NCBI GenBank assembly: GCA_052038965.1
Contig: JBQGDI010000009.1
Coordinates: forward strand, 1-47,450
DNA: 47,450 bases
Source of the DNA: Candidatus Limnocylindrales bacterium
Lineage (GTDB): Bacteria > Chloroflexota > Limnocylindria > Limnocylindrales > CSP1-4
Direction: 5' to 3'
In this document: one piece after another, positions 27,034 to 35,702 of the stretch
How the letters are laid out: the number at the start of each line of letters is the position of its first letter
How positions within the stretch are numbered: the first letter of the stretch is position 1
Program-made: the position numbers and the translations under genes
The notes under the pieces: generated by a model
What the model was told of the DNA's origin: nothing
Seen by the model: only the letters and a program-made list of their open reading frames with translations
Databases searched by the model: none

Positions 27034-27864
27034 CTAGCGCACCGAGCGCGCGACCTCCAGGGCCTGGTCCAGCGTGATCGCCCCTTCGATCCGATACAGG
27101 ATGCCGTCGCGCTCCCAGGCCAGTGTGTCGCCGACGAGCCGGCGACTGTCCTGGATCGTCGAGCCATCCGGCGCTCGGTACCAGAAGAAGTGGGGCCGGC
27201 CGCTGATCCATAGCCCTGCCGCCCCGTTCACGTCGACCGGCTCGACCGTTGCCTGCCCGGTATCGAGCAGCTTCTGCGCCAGCCCCTCGTCGGTCTCGCC
27301 CCGGTTCTGGGTCATCAACATGCCGGCGCCATCAAGCAGGCCCGATGCCGGCAGGTCCTGGCGTGGCCCATAGATGAAGGCCACCTGGCCACGCAGCGCC
27401 GCGCCGCCGATGTACACGACATCGGGCGGGCCGAGGACGGCCGGAACCAGGACCTCGAAGGCAGCGGCCGTGCGCGCTTCCTCCAGGCCGAGCGGCTGGC
27501 CGAGGCGGAGCCCCGACCCCAGCGGCCCTGGCGTCGCCCCGCCAGGGACGGCACTGGCTCCCGGCGCGGTCGCGCTCGGCGCCGGCGCCGGTGAGGGGAT
27601 CGGCCCGAACGTGATCGAGAGCAGGTCCAGCCCGAAGCGCACCGCGAGCGCACCGCCGCCGACCAGGAGGGCCAGGGCTGCGGCCAGTAGCAGGCTCCGA
27701 GCCAGGCTCCGGGGAACTCGCCGCGGACGAAGGACGGGGGTCCGGAGCCTCGATCCGACGGCGCCGGCGAGGTCGGGGGTCGGCGGGAACGCCAGATGGG
27801 CCGCGAGGTCGGCAAGGCGGGCTTCGAGATCGTCCTGCGCCATCCGCCCGAGGTGGTCGCTCAT
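27034..27864 (-). CDS. Putative anti-sigma factor (single TM, extracytoplasmic domain)
   Basis: ATGA-coupled to the ECF sigma. Short cytoplasmic N-term (LEARLADLA..FPPTP), one TM, C-term TLAWERDGILYRIEG. Confidence 0.65.
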   Translation of the reverse strand: MSDHLGRMAQDDLEARLADLAAHLAFPPTPDLAGAVGSRLRTPVLRPRRVPRSLARSLLLAAALALLVGGGALAVRFGLDLLSITFGPIPSPAPAPSATAPGASAVPGGATPGPLGSGLRLGQPLGLEEARTAAAFEVLVPAVLGPPDVVYIGGAALRGQVAFIYGPRQDLPASGLLDGAGMLMTQNRGETDEGLAQKLLDTGQATVEPVDVNGAAGLWISGRPHFFWYRAPDGSTIQDSRRLVGDTLAWERDGILYRIEGAITLDQALEVARSVR

Positions 27865-28430
27865 GGCGTCACCGCCGCCTGGGTGAGGGTGGCGCGAAGG
27901 CGATCCATCGCCCGGGAGAGGCGTGACTTCGCCGTCCCGACGGGGATGCCCAGGGCGGCGGCCGTCTCGGCCTCGGAGAGCTCGAGCAGGTAGCGATAGG
28001 CGATGACCTCGCGGTCCGTGTCGGTCAGGCGATGGATCGCCTCGAGCAGCGCCGCTCGCCGCTCTCTCGCCAGGACGGCGGTCTCGGGCGACGTCTCGGC
28101 ACGCTCGTGACCCGCTTGGACGTGCGGAGCGCGCAGCGCCAGCGTCTCGCGCCGGCTGGCGGTGCGGCGTCGATTGCGTGCCTTGTTGGCCACGATCGCG
28201 AGCAGCCACGGCCGGAAGGGCGCGTCGGCCCGGAAGCGGGGGAGTGCGGCGAAGGCTTTCATGAATCCTTCTTGGGCGGCGTCCTCGGCATCGTCGGCAC
28301 CACCCGAGGCGATCCAGGCCGTGCGGAAGGCAACCGCCTGATGGGCGCGAACGAGCGCCTCGAACGCCTGCACGTCGCCGTGCCGTGCCCGCTCGATCAG
28401 GTCGCCTTCGGGTAGCGGAGCGGCCTCCAC
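27861..28430 (-). CDS. ECF RNA polymerase sigma-70 factor
   Basis: GDVQAFEALV, AEDAAQEGF, FRPWLLAIVAN, LSEAETAAALGIPVGTAKSRLSRA. Confidence 0.92.
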   Translation of the reverse strand: MEAAPLPEGDLIERARHGDVQAFEALVRAHQAVAFRTAWIASGGADDAEDAAQEGFMKAFAALPRFRADAPFRPWLLAIVANKARNRRRTASRRETLALRAPHVQAGHERAETSPETAVLARERRAALLEAIHRLTDTDREVIAYRYLLELSEAETAAALGIPVGTAKSRLSRAMDRLRATLTQAAVTP

Positions 28431-28442
28431 GGGCCGAGCCTA

Positions 28443-28476
28443 CGGGACGCGCGCGCGTTCTCGCGCGCGCGTCCCG
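28443..28476. terminator. Perfect 15-bp CG-rich hairpin
   Basis: cgggacgcgcgcgcg-ttct-cgcgcgcgcgtcccg, just downstream of the stop at 28485. Confidence 0.55.
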
Positions 28477-28484
28477 ACCGAGGC

Positions 28485-29021
28485 TCAGGTCCTGGCCGAA
28501 ACCTGGACCTCGCCCGGTCCGACCCGGCGGCGCAGCACCAGGCCGGCGATGGCCAGGAGCGCGAGCAGCAGGACCAGCGGCACCGCCCAGTAGGCCAGGG
28601 CGACCGGCGATCCCTCGGCCGCTGCGTCAGGCGCCGGGGCCCCCGCCAGCGACGGTGCCACGCTGATCGCCGCCGACCCCTGCATCACCAGGTCCGGCGA
28701 CTCGAACGTCAGGCTCCAATCGCCGGCGCTCGGGAAGCTGAGTGTCGCGACGTACGAGCCTTCTGGCTCGACAGCCTGTGCCTCGGCCCGAACCACCGTG
28801 CCCGACGCCGCGTCGGTCGCGACCACGGTCAGGCGGGGCCAGCTGACCGGCGTCACCCCGTGCTGGAGCACGTCGAGCTCGATGGTCGTTTGCTCGCCGG
28901 CGGGTGGATCAACCGGCACGCTGCTCGTCGTCACCTCTGCCCAGCCGCCGGCGACGGCAACCGAGGCCGCGACGAACGCGACGAGCAGGGCCATGCCCAT
29001 GGCGATGGATCGATGGCGCAT
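28485..29021 (-). CDS. Secreted protein with C-terminal membrane anchor (YtkA/FixH-like Ig fold)
   Basis: SD GGAGG, signal peptide ending AVAGGWA, LQHGVTP, GSYVATLSFPSAGDW, C-terminal TM followed by RRR. Confidence 0.7.
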   Translation of the reverse strand: MRHRSIAMGMALLVAFVAASVAVAGGWAEVTTSSVPVDPPAGEQTTIELDVLQHGVTPVSWPRLTVVATDAASGTVVRAEAQAVEPEGSYVATLSFPSAGDWSLTFESPDLVMQGSAAISVAPSLAGAPAPDAAAEGSPVALAYWAVPLVLLLALLAIAGLVLRRRVGPGEVQVSART

Positions 29022-29073
29022 TGGTGGGCCTCCACACGGGGTTTGGTTCACGGCGTGTTACCGCCAGCGCTCA

Positions 29074-29099
29074 TACACCGCCCGCGGGCAGGAGGTTCC
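29074..29099 (-). promoter_or_regulatory. Candidate ECF-sigma promoter GGAAC-N16-GTGTA
   Basis: The minus strand reads GGAACctcctgcccgcgggcgGTGTA about 50 nt upstream of ATG29021. GGAAC is a typical ECF -35 element. Confidence 0.5.
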
Positions 29100-29118
29100 A
29101 CGGGGCTACCATGCGCCG

Positions 29119-30183
29119 GTGGCCGGGCAGCCGATGCGCGTCGGGATCCTGGGCGCCGGCACGGTCGGGCGCGAGGTCGCGGCCGCGCTCCTCGACGGGT
29201 CGTCGCCGGTCCACGCCGCCGCGCGCGGCGCGGGCGTGGGGCTGGAGCTGGTCGGCGTGGCCGTGCGCGACCTGCAGAAGGCCGCCACGTCGGGAATCCC
29301 GCCGGGGCTGCTGACCGATGCCCCGGCGCACCTCGTCGCCGGCGAGAGCGACGCCGTGATCGAGCTCATGGGCGGCGAGGAGCCGGCCCGGACGCTGATC
29401 GCCGCGGCGCTCGGAGCCGGCAAGCCCGTCGTGACCGCCAACAAGCACGTCATCGCTCGCCACGGAGCGGCCCTCGAGGGGGCGGCTCGAGGGGCCGGCG
29501 TGCCGCTCCGGTTCGAGGCCGCGGTCATGGGTGGGACGCCGATCCTGCGACTCCTCGCCGAGGACCTGGTCGCGACGCGAGTGACCGGCGTCCGCGGGAT
29601 CGTCAACGGCACGACGAACTACATCCTCTCGGAGATGGCCGAGACCGGGGCGAGCTATGAGGACGCGCTCCGGGCGGCCCAGGCCGCGGGCTACGCCGAG
29701 GCCGATCCGACCGCCGACGTCGAGGGTGGCGATGCCGCCGACAAGCTCGTCATCCTCGCCCGGCTGGCGTTCGGAGCGTGGCTCGACCGCGGGAGCATCG
29801 GGGTCGCCGTGCCGGGTGGACGCCCGGGCATCACCGGCGTGACCCGCGAGGACCTGGCCGCGGCATCCGAAGCCGGCCGGGCGATCCGGCTGATCGCGAG
29901 CGCCACGGCGGCCGAGGGCGGGCGGATCGTCGCTGCGGTCGTGCCCACGCTCGTCCCGGCCGACTCGCCCTTCGGGCGGACGTCCGGCGTGCGGAACCGG
30001 ATCGAGGTGGACGCCGCACCGCTGGGCACCGTGGCGGTCGACGGCCCGGGGGCCGGCGGCCCGGCGACTGCCGCCGCCGTCCTCGCCGACCTCGTGGCCG
30101 TCGCGCGGGGAGCGGGAAGCACGTGGGGCGGGCTGCCGCCGGCGCGTCCCGGAGCGGCGCGAGCGCCATGGGGAGGGGCGTGA
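29119..30183 (+). CDS. hom: Homoserine dehydrogenase (no ACT domain)
   Basis: [59 protein letters not shown]29119 lies 6 nt after TACCAT. Confidence 0.92.
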   Translation: MAGQPMRVGILGAGTVGREVAAALLDGSSPVHAAARGAGVGLELVGVAVRDLQKAATSGIPPGLLTDAPAHLVAGESDAVIELMGGEEPARTLIAAALGAGKPVVTANKHVIARHGAALEGAARGAGVPLRFEAAVMGGTPILRLLAEDLVATRVTGVRGIVNGTTNYILSEMAETGASYEDALRAAQAAGYAEADPTADVEGGDAADKLVILARLAFGAWLDRGSIGVAVPGGRPGITGVTREDLAAASEAGRAIRLIASATAAEGGRIVAAVVPTLVPADSPFGRTSGVRNRIEVDAAPLGTVAVDGPGAGGPATAAAVLADLVAVARGAGSTWGGLPPARPGAARAPWGGA

Positions 30184-31259
30184 CCGGCGCGCCGCCCGGC
30201 AGGCGGCCCCGGCTCGTCAATCGCTACCGGGGCTTCCTGCCGATCACCGACGCGACGCCCGCCCTGACGCTCGGCGAGGGCTTCACGCCGCTCGTCGCCG
30301 CGCCCCGCCTCGGCGCCCGCGTCGGCCTGCCGAGCCTCCACCTGAAGCTCGAGGGCCTGAACCCGACCGGGTCGTTCAAGGACCGGGGCATGGTCGTGGC
30401 CGTCTCGAAGGCCATCGAGGGCGGCGCGACCTCGATCATCTGCGCCTCGACCGGCAACACCTCCGCCTCGGCGGCGGCCTATGGCGCGGCCGCGGGGCTC
30501 GAGGTCGCGGTCGTCCTGCCGAAGGGTGCGATCGCGATCGGCAAGCTCCTCCAAGCTCTCGTGGCGGGGGCGAAGGTCATCGCCGTCGACGGCAACTTCG
30601 ACGCCGCCCTCGCGGTCGTCCGCGGCATGACCGAGGAGCCGGGTGCCCGGGCCACGCTCGTGAACTCGGTCAACCCGTTCCGGATCGAGGGCCAGAAGAC
30701 GGCCGCGTTCGAGATCTGCGACGACCTCGGCCGGGCGCCGGATGCGCTCGCGATTCCGGTCGGCAATGCCGGCAACATCACGGCCTACTGGAAGGGCTTC
30801 CGCGAGTACGCCGCGGCTGGTGTCGTCTCGACCACTCCCCGGATGCTCGGCTTCCAGGCGGCGGGCGCGGCCCCGATCGTGGAGGGCCGGCCGGTGGAGC
30901 GGCCGGAGACGGTCGCGACGGCGATTCGGATCGGGAACCCGGCATCGTGGGCGGGGGCCGTCGCGGCGCGTGACGAGTCGGGCGGCCGGATCGGGGCCGT
31001 GTCGGACGACGAGATCCTCGCCGCCTACCGCGCGCTCGCGACCGAGGAAGGCGTGTTCTGCGAGCCGTCATCGGCCGCGTCCGTGGCGGGCGTGACGAAG
31101 CTCGCCGCCGCCGGTGAGCTGGAGCGCGAGGCCCTCGTCGTCTGCGTGCTCACGGGGTCAGGCCTGAAGGATCCGCACACCGCGGAGGCGCAGGTCGGCG
31201 GCCGGATCGTGGAGGCGACCGCGGACGAGTCGGGCGTGCGGCGGGCGCTGGGATGGTGA
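30180..31259 (+). CDS. thrC: Threonine synthase
   Basis: [60 protein letters not shown]. Confidence 0.95.
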   Translation: MTGAPPGRRPRLVNRYRGFLPITDATPALTLGEGFTPLVAAPRLGARVGLPSLHLKLEGLNPTGSFKDRGMVVAVSKAIEGGATSIICASTGNTSASAAAYGAAAGLEVAVVLPKGAIAIGKLLQALVAGAKVIAVDGNFDAALAVVRGMTEEPGARATLVNSVNPFRIEGQKTAAFEICDDLGRAPDALAIPVGNAGNITAYWKGFREYAAAGVVSTTPRMLGFQAAGAAPIVEGRPVERPETVATAIRIGNPASWAGAVAARDESGGRIGAVSDDEILAAYRALATEEGVFCEPSSAASVAGVTKLAAAGELEREALVVCVLTGSGLKDPHTAEAQVGGRIVEATADESGVRRALGW

Positions 31260-31280
31260 TCTCGCGATGGTGACCTCGCC

Positions 31281-32225
31281 ATGGTGAGCGCCGGGTCGCT
31301 CGTCGGGCGGGCGGCATCGGTCGAGGTGCCGGCGACGATCGCCAACCTCGGGGCGGGTTACGACTGCCTCGGCCTGGCGGTCGACCTGGCGCTCGAGGTC
31401 CGGGTCGAGGTGACGACCGGCGGCCTCGAGCTGTCGATCGAGGGCGAGGGAGCCGGCGAGCTCGCCGCGGACCGCTCGAACCGCCTCGTCGAGGCGCTCG
31501 AGCGGGGCCTGATCGATCTCGGCGTCGAGGACGTCGGCCGGTTGGGCTGGCGGATCTCGCTCGTGAACGCCATCCCGCTGCAGCGCGGCCTGGGATCGAG
31601 CGCTGCCGCCGCGGTCGCGGGACTCGTGCTGGCCGGCGAGATCGCCCGACTGCCGCTGTCCGAGGGCGCGATCCTCCGCGCCGCGACGCGCCTCGAAGGC
31701 CACCCCGACAACGTGGCGTCGGCGCTCCTCGGAGGCCTCGTCGCCAGCGTGGCCACCCCCGACGGGACCGAGGCCCTCAGGCTGGATCCGCCGGAGTCGC
31801 TCCTCGTCGTGGCGTGGATCCCCGAGCGCCGGCTGGCGACGGCCGACATGCGTCGGGTCCTCCCGGACAGCGTGCCTCGCGCCGACGCCTTGGCGAATCT
31901 CGCCCACGTGGCCGTCGGCGTGACGGGCCTTGCCGCCGGCCGGACGGATGTCCTGCGCCTGCTCACCGAGGACCGCCTTCACGAGCCGTACCGCGCCGCC
32001 GTCTACCCGGAGCTGCCCGAGCTCGTGGCCGCCGCGCGAGGCGCCGGCGCGCTCGGCGCCTGCCTCTCGGGCGCCGGCTCGACGGTCGTCGCCTTCGTCG
32101 AAGCGTCGGATGCATCCGGACCCGACCGCGTTGGTGCTGCCTTCGAGGCGGCGGCCGCTCGGCTGGCCTTACCGGGCCGCCGCGCGCTGCTCAAGCCCGC
32201 CCGCCGCGGCGCACGCGTCACGTAG
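31281..32225 (+). CDS. thrB: Homoserine kinase
   Basis: VPATIANLGAGYD, IPLQRGLGSSAAA (GHMP motif), EGHPDN, DRLHEPYR, LSGAGST. Confidence 0.93.
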   Translation: MVSAGSLVGRAASVEVPATIANLGAGYDCLGLAVDLALEVRVEVTTGGLELSIEGEGAGELAADRSNRLVEALERGLIDLGVEDVGRLGWRISLVNAIPLQRGLGSSAAAAVAGLVLAGEIARLPLSEGAILRAATRLEGHPDNVASALLGGLVASVATPDGTEALRLDPPESLLVVAWIPERRLATADMRRVLPDSVPRADALANLAHVAVGVTGLAAGRTDVLRLLTEDRLHEPYRAAVYPELPELVAAARGAGALGACLSGAGSTVVAFVEASDASGPDRVGAAFEAAAARLALPGRRALLKPARRGARVT

Positions 32226-32250
32226 CCGCGAGCGATGGAGCAGCGATTCC

Positions 32251-32895
32251 GTGGCAGGGACCGAGGCCGAAGCTCAGGTCTGGGACGACCCCGCGGCAAG
32301 GGCGCTGCTCGACGCACTTCGTGACGCGGGGGTCGATACCGCCGCGTTCGGGCAGTTCGGACGCCTTGCTCCACGAACCTTCGACTTCGAGCGAGCGGCG
32401 CCGATCATCGTTGCGTGGCTGCCGCGCATCGTCGGACCGCGACTGAAGGAAGCGATGGTGAGGTCGCTCGCCGGACAGCGGAGGCGGCACCGCCTCGGCG
32501 GAGAAGCGCTCCTTCGAGAGTTCGTGCGGTCCGAGTACGTCGAAGAGGAACCGTTGCGCTGGGCGATCGGGAACTCCGTCGCCGTCGTCGCAGAACCCAC
32601 GCACGCCGAGCCCATCATCGAACTGCTCCTCGATCGCCGCTGGGGTCGTTCTCGCCAGATGCTCTGCGACGGCCTGGTGCGCACCGGCGATCGTCGCGGA
32701 ACCGACGTCCTCATCTCGCTGCTCACCGATGACGACGTAGCGGCGCACGCCATCGCGGCGCTGCGGCGGACCAGGCTGGGGAAGCAGCGGCTGCTCACGC
32801 CGGAGGGTCGAGCCCGCCTCGAGGCCATCCTCGATCGTCCGTCGGCATCGCCGATCGCGCAGAAGTTCGCCCGCGCCGCCCTCCGGCTCACGTAA
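32251..32895 (+). CDS. HEAT-repeat-like hypothetical protein
   Basis: Helical repeats (LRWAIGNSV, WGRSRQML, DDDVAAHAIAAL). Codon usage looks less GC3-biased than the neighbours. Start uncertain. Confidence 0.6.
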   Translation: MAGTEAEAQVWDDPAARALLDALRDAGVDTAAFGQFGRLAPRTFDFERAAPIIVAWLPRIVGPRLKEAMVRSLAGQRRRHRLGGEALLREFVRSEYVEEEPLRWAIGNSVAVVAEPTHAEPIIELLLDRRWGRSRQMLCDGLVRTGDRRGTDVLISLLTDDDVAAHAIAALRRTRLGKQRLLTPEGRARLEAILDRPSASPIAQKFARAALRLT

Positions 32896-32988
32896 CCTTG
32901 CGCGACGCTTAGCGCTGCGCTGGCCGTTGTTCAGCCGGCAACGCGACGACCAGGACCGGGTGACGGCGGGAGCCGGCCAACCAAGCGG

Positions 32989-33123
32989 CTAACGCGACTG
33001 CCAGCCCACGTCGACGTGCTCCCGCGTCTGGCGCCCGGCCCAGGCGTCGACGGCCCAGCCGCCGCACAGCGCCCAGCCCGGCTCGAAGCCGCCCATCAGC
33101 CTGACGACGCGGTCGACGGCCAA
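32989..33123 (-). pseudogene. Truncated nucleotidyltransferase fragment (aminoglycoside-2''/lincosamide NTase-like N-terminus)
   Basis: Translates LAVDRVVRLMGGFEPGWALCGGWAVDAWAGRQTREHVDVGWQSR*. GGWAVD...RQTREHxDxD is the family signature, and the frame stops right after it. Confidence 0.7.
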
Positions 33124-33135
33124 GGGCGGACGGCG

Positions 33136-33936
33136 TCAGGCGTCCCGCTGTCCCCAGCCGGCGGCGAAGGGCTCGCCGGCGGTGTGACGGCGGATGAATG
33201 CCAGCGTCCGGTCCCAGGCGTCCGCCGAGGCTTCGGCGAACTCGGCCTGCTTGCGGTCGAAGAAGGCGTGCGGTGCGCCCGGGTAGATGACCGTCTCGTG
33301 GCGCACGCCGGCCCGGTCGAGGGCTTCGGCGAAGGCGTCCCGAGCGGACGGCGGGATGCCCTCGTCGGCCTCGCCGTAGAACGCCAGGACGTCGCACTCG
33401 ATCTGGTCGGCGACGTCGACCGGGCGGGGGATGTCACGGTTCGGGCTCGCGGGCCAGCCATAGAAGGGGATGACGCCGGCGAGGCCGAGGCCGAGGATCG
33501 CGCTGACCGTGGCCAACCGGCCGCCCATGCAGAACCCGGTCGTGAAGATCGAGCGAGGCGGGTTCGCCAGGCCGCGCAGGTGCGCCACCGCAGCCCGGAT
33601 GTCCTGCTGGGCATGTTCCCAGCGCACGGCATCGGCGTGGGGTCGGTAGCCGAAGTCGTCGCCTCGCTCGGTCAGGCCGGCCGTCCGGCCGAAGTAGTCG
33701 ATGGCGAGCGCCGTGACGCCTCGCTCCGCGAATCGCAGCGCGAGCTCCTCGAAGAACGGGTGGAGGCCGCGAACGTCCGGCAGGATGACGATGCCCGCCC
33801 CGGTCTCCTGGACCGGGCGAGCAAGGTAGGCAAGGAACGGCGTGCGGTCCTGGCTCTCGAGGGTGATCGACTGGCTGTCGTGGGCACCACCCACGATCGG
33901 CTCGATCGGCGGCCGGCTGTCGAGGTCGTAGCACAT
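33136..33936 (-). CDS. Dienelactone hydrolase family protein
   Basis: PDVRGL, GFCMGG nucleophile motif, FYG, YPGAPHAF. SD GGAGG. Confidence 0.9.
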   Translation of the reverse strand: MCYDLDSRPPIEPIVGGAHDSQSITLESQDRTPFLAYLARPVQETGAGIVILPDVRGLHPFFEELALRFAERGVTALAIDYFGRTAGLTERGDDFGYRPHADAVRWEHAQQDIRAAVAHLRGLANPPRSIFTTGFCMGGRLATVSAILGLGLAGVIPFYGWPASPNRDIPRPVDVADQIECDVLAFYGEADEGIPPSARDAFAEALDRAGVRHETVIYPGAPHAFFDRKQAEFAEASADAWDRTLAFIRRHTAGEPFAAGWGQRDA

Positions 33937-34077
33937 CGGCGGGTGGTCCTCCGGTAGGTGCGCTCGTCGGGGTCTCGGGGCTCATCCTCGCACGCCGCGG
34001 CTGATCCTCCCAGTGCACGGGGGCGGGCTGAGCGCTGCGGTCGCGATGCAGTTGCTCGACCGACCCGCCCGGTGGCG

Positions 34078-34241
34078 GGTGTGCACGTGGTGCACGAGTT
34101 CGCAACGCCGCCCAGCCAGAGCTGGCGTGTGTGCCGAATCCGGCTCGCTCCCGTGCACCCCGTGCACAGAACGTAGGAGATGGGAGCCCGAGGTGGCTGT
34201 AGGCGACTCACCCTGCGCCATTCGTGCACCTGGTGCACACC
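34078..34241. repeat. 164-bp degenerate palindrome built on GTGCAC-N3-GTGCAC units
   Basis: Terminal 20-mers are 18/20 reverse-complementary. GTGCAC pairs at 34081/34090, 34153/34162 and 34224/34233, plus a single copy at 34013. Confidence 0.75.
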
Positions 34242-34331
34242 AGGCTCGCAGCACCCGCGGCGGGCGACGGAGCGGAGACCCCGGACCAGCGGCTGGGAGC
34301 GCGAAGGGCCGCTGGTAGAATGCGCGGCCCG

Positions 34332-35681
34332 ATGCCCGCCCCCCTGATCGTGCAGAAGTTCGGCGGCTCGTCGCTGGCGAGCGCCGAGCGAATCCGGCAC
34401 GTCGCAGATCGAATCGCGCGGGAGCGCCGGGCCGGCACGGAGCTGGTCGTCGTGGTCTCGGCGATGGGCGACACGACCGACGACCTGCTGGCCCTCGCCG
34501 GCGCGATCACGGCCGATCCGAGTCCCCGGGAGCTCGACGTCCTGCTGGCCACCGGCGAGCACCAGAGCGCGACCCTCGTCTCGATGGCCCTCCACGCCCT
34601 CGGCGTGCAGGCGATCTCGCTGACCGGCGCGCAGGCCGGGATCACGACCGACGGCCGCTACGGCAAGGCCCGGATCGCGAACGTCGAACCGCGACGGGTG
34701 CGCGCCGAGCTGGACCGCGGCAACGTGGTCATCGTGGCCGGCTTCCAGGGTCGGAGCGAGGCACCCACCGGGCCGACGAGCGCGGTCGCCGGGAACGGGA
34801 ATGGGAACGGGATCGACCCCAGCGGCGGCTCGGCCGCGGGCGGCGAGTGGGCCGAGACCACGACCCTCGGTCGGGGCGGCTCGGACACGACCGCGGTCGC
34901 CCTCGCGGCCGCGCTGCGGGCCGACCGCTGCCAGGTCTTCACCGACGTTCGGGGCATCTACACCGCCGATCCGCGCCTCGTGCCGGCGGCTCGCCAGCTG
35001 CCCGTGATCGGCTACGAGGAGATGCTCGAGCTGGCCCAGCAGGGGGCCCAGGTCATGCAGGTCCGGGCCGTCGAGCTCGGCTGGGTGAACGGGGTCGAGA
35101 TCGAGGTCCTGAGCTCGTTCGAGGATGCGCCGGGCACGGTCATCAGGGAGGATCCGCTCGTGGAGCAGCGCAACAAGGTCCGCGGCCTGGCCCACGACCG
35201 CAACGTCGCCAAGGTCACGCTGCTGGCCGTGCCCGACCGCCCGGGGGTCGCGCGCTCGGTCTTCGAGCCGCTCGCCGAGGCCGGTATCAACGTCGACATG
35301 ATCGTCCAGAACGTCGGCCACGACGGCGCCACGGACCTGTCCTTCACCGTCCCGCGGGTCGAGCTCCGCCGGGCGGAGGCCGTCCACCGCCCGAACCTCG
35401 AGGCCATGGGCGCCCGGGGCATCACCACCGACGGGAGCGGCGCCAAGGTTTCGATCGTCGGAGCCGGGCTGCACAACGCGCCGGGCTACGCGGCCCGGAT
35501 GTTCGGGACCCTGGCCGATGCCGGCGTGAACATCGAGATGATCTCGACCTCCGAGGTCCGGATCACCTGCGTCATCGCCGAATCTCGCCTCGAGGCGGCC
35601 CTGGGCGCCCTCCACGGGGCTTTCGAGCTCGAGCGACCCGAGCCCGTCGACGCGGCCGCCGCCGCGCGGCCGGCCGGCTGA
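34332..35681 (+). CDS. lysC: Aspartate kinase (alpha subunit)
   Basis: VQKFGGSS, VVVSAMGDTTD, VAGFQG, TTLGRGGSD, TDVRGIYTADPR, two ACT domains (PDRPG, ISTSE). TAGAAT at 34316-34321. Confidence 0.95.
   Translation: MPAPLIVQKFGGSSLASAERIRHVADRIARERRAGTELVVVVSAMGDTTDDLLALAGAITADPSPRELDVLLATGEHQSATLVSMALHALGVQAISLTGAQAGITTDGRYGKARIANVEPRRVRAELDRGNVVIVAGFQGRSEAPTGPTSAVAGNGNGNGIDPSGGSAAGGEWAETTTLGRGGSDTTAVALAAALRADRCQVFTDVRGIYTADPRLVPAARQLPVIGYEEMLELAQQGAQVMQVRAVELGWVNGVEIEVLSSFEDAPGTVIREDPLVEQRNKVRGLAHDRNVAKVTLLAVPDRPGVARSVFEPLAEAGINVDMIVQNVGHDGATDLSFTVPRVELRRAEAVHRPNLEAMGARGITTDGSGAKVSIVGAGLHNAPGYAARMFGTLADAGVNIEMISTSEVRITCVIAESRLEAALGALHGAFELERPEPVDAAAAARPAG
35160..35681 (+). CDS. Putative in-frame aspartokinase beta subunit (internal start)
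   Basis: AGGGAGGA at 35145-35152, 7 nt before in-frame GTG35160, at the start of the ACT region. Confidence 0.6.
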   Translation: MEQRNKVRGLAHDRNVAKVTLLAVPDRPGVARSVFEPLAEAGINVDMIVQNVGHDGATDLSFTVPRVELRRAEAVHRPNLEAMGARGITTDGSGAKVSIVGAGLHNAPGYAARMFGTLADAGVNIEMISTSEVRITCVIAESRLEAALGALHGAFELERPEPVDAAAAARPAG

Positions 35682-35702
35682 CGGGCCGGCACCCGCCGGG
35701 CG

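Noticed and set aside
32889-32995. Integron attC-like cores (CGTAAC after the HEAT gene; GTTAGCC on the minus strand near the NTase break)
   Set aside because: No convincing paired R''/R' and L boxes could be built, and there is no integrase or cassette array.
33940-34331. Lysine riboswitch upstream of lysC, or a mini-CRISPR from the ~70-nt periodicity
   Set aside because: No lysine-riboswitch consensus is visible and a -10 box sits directly before the lysC start. The repeated units are only 15 nt, arranged as a dyad, and no cas genes are present.
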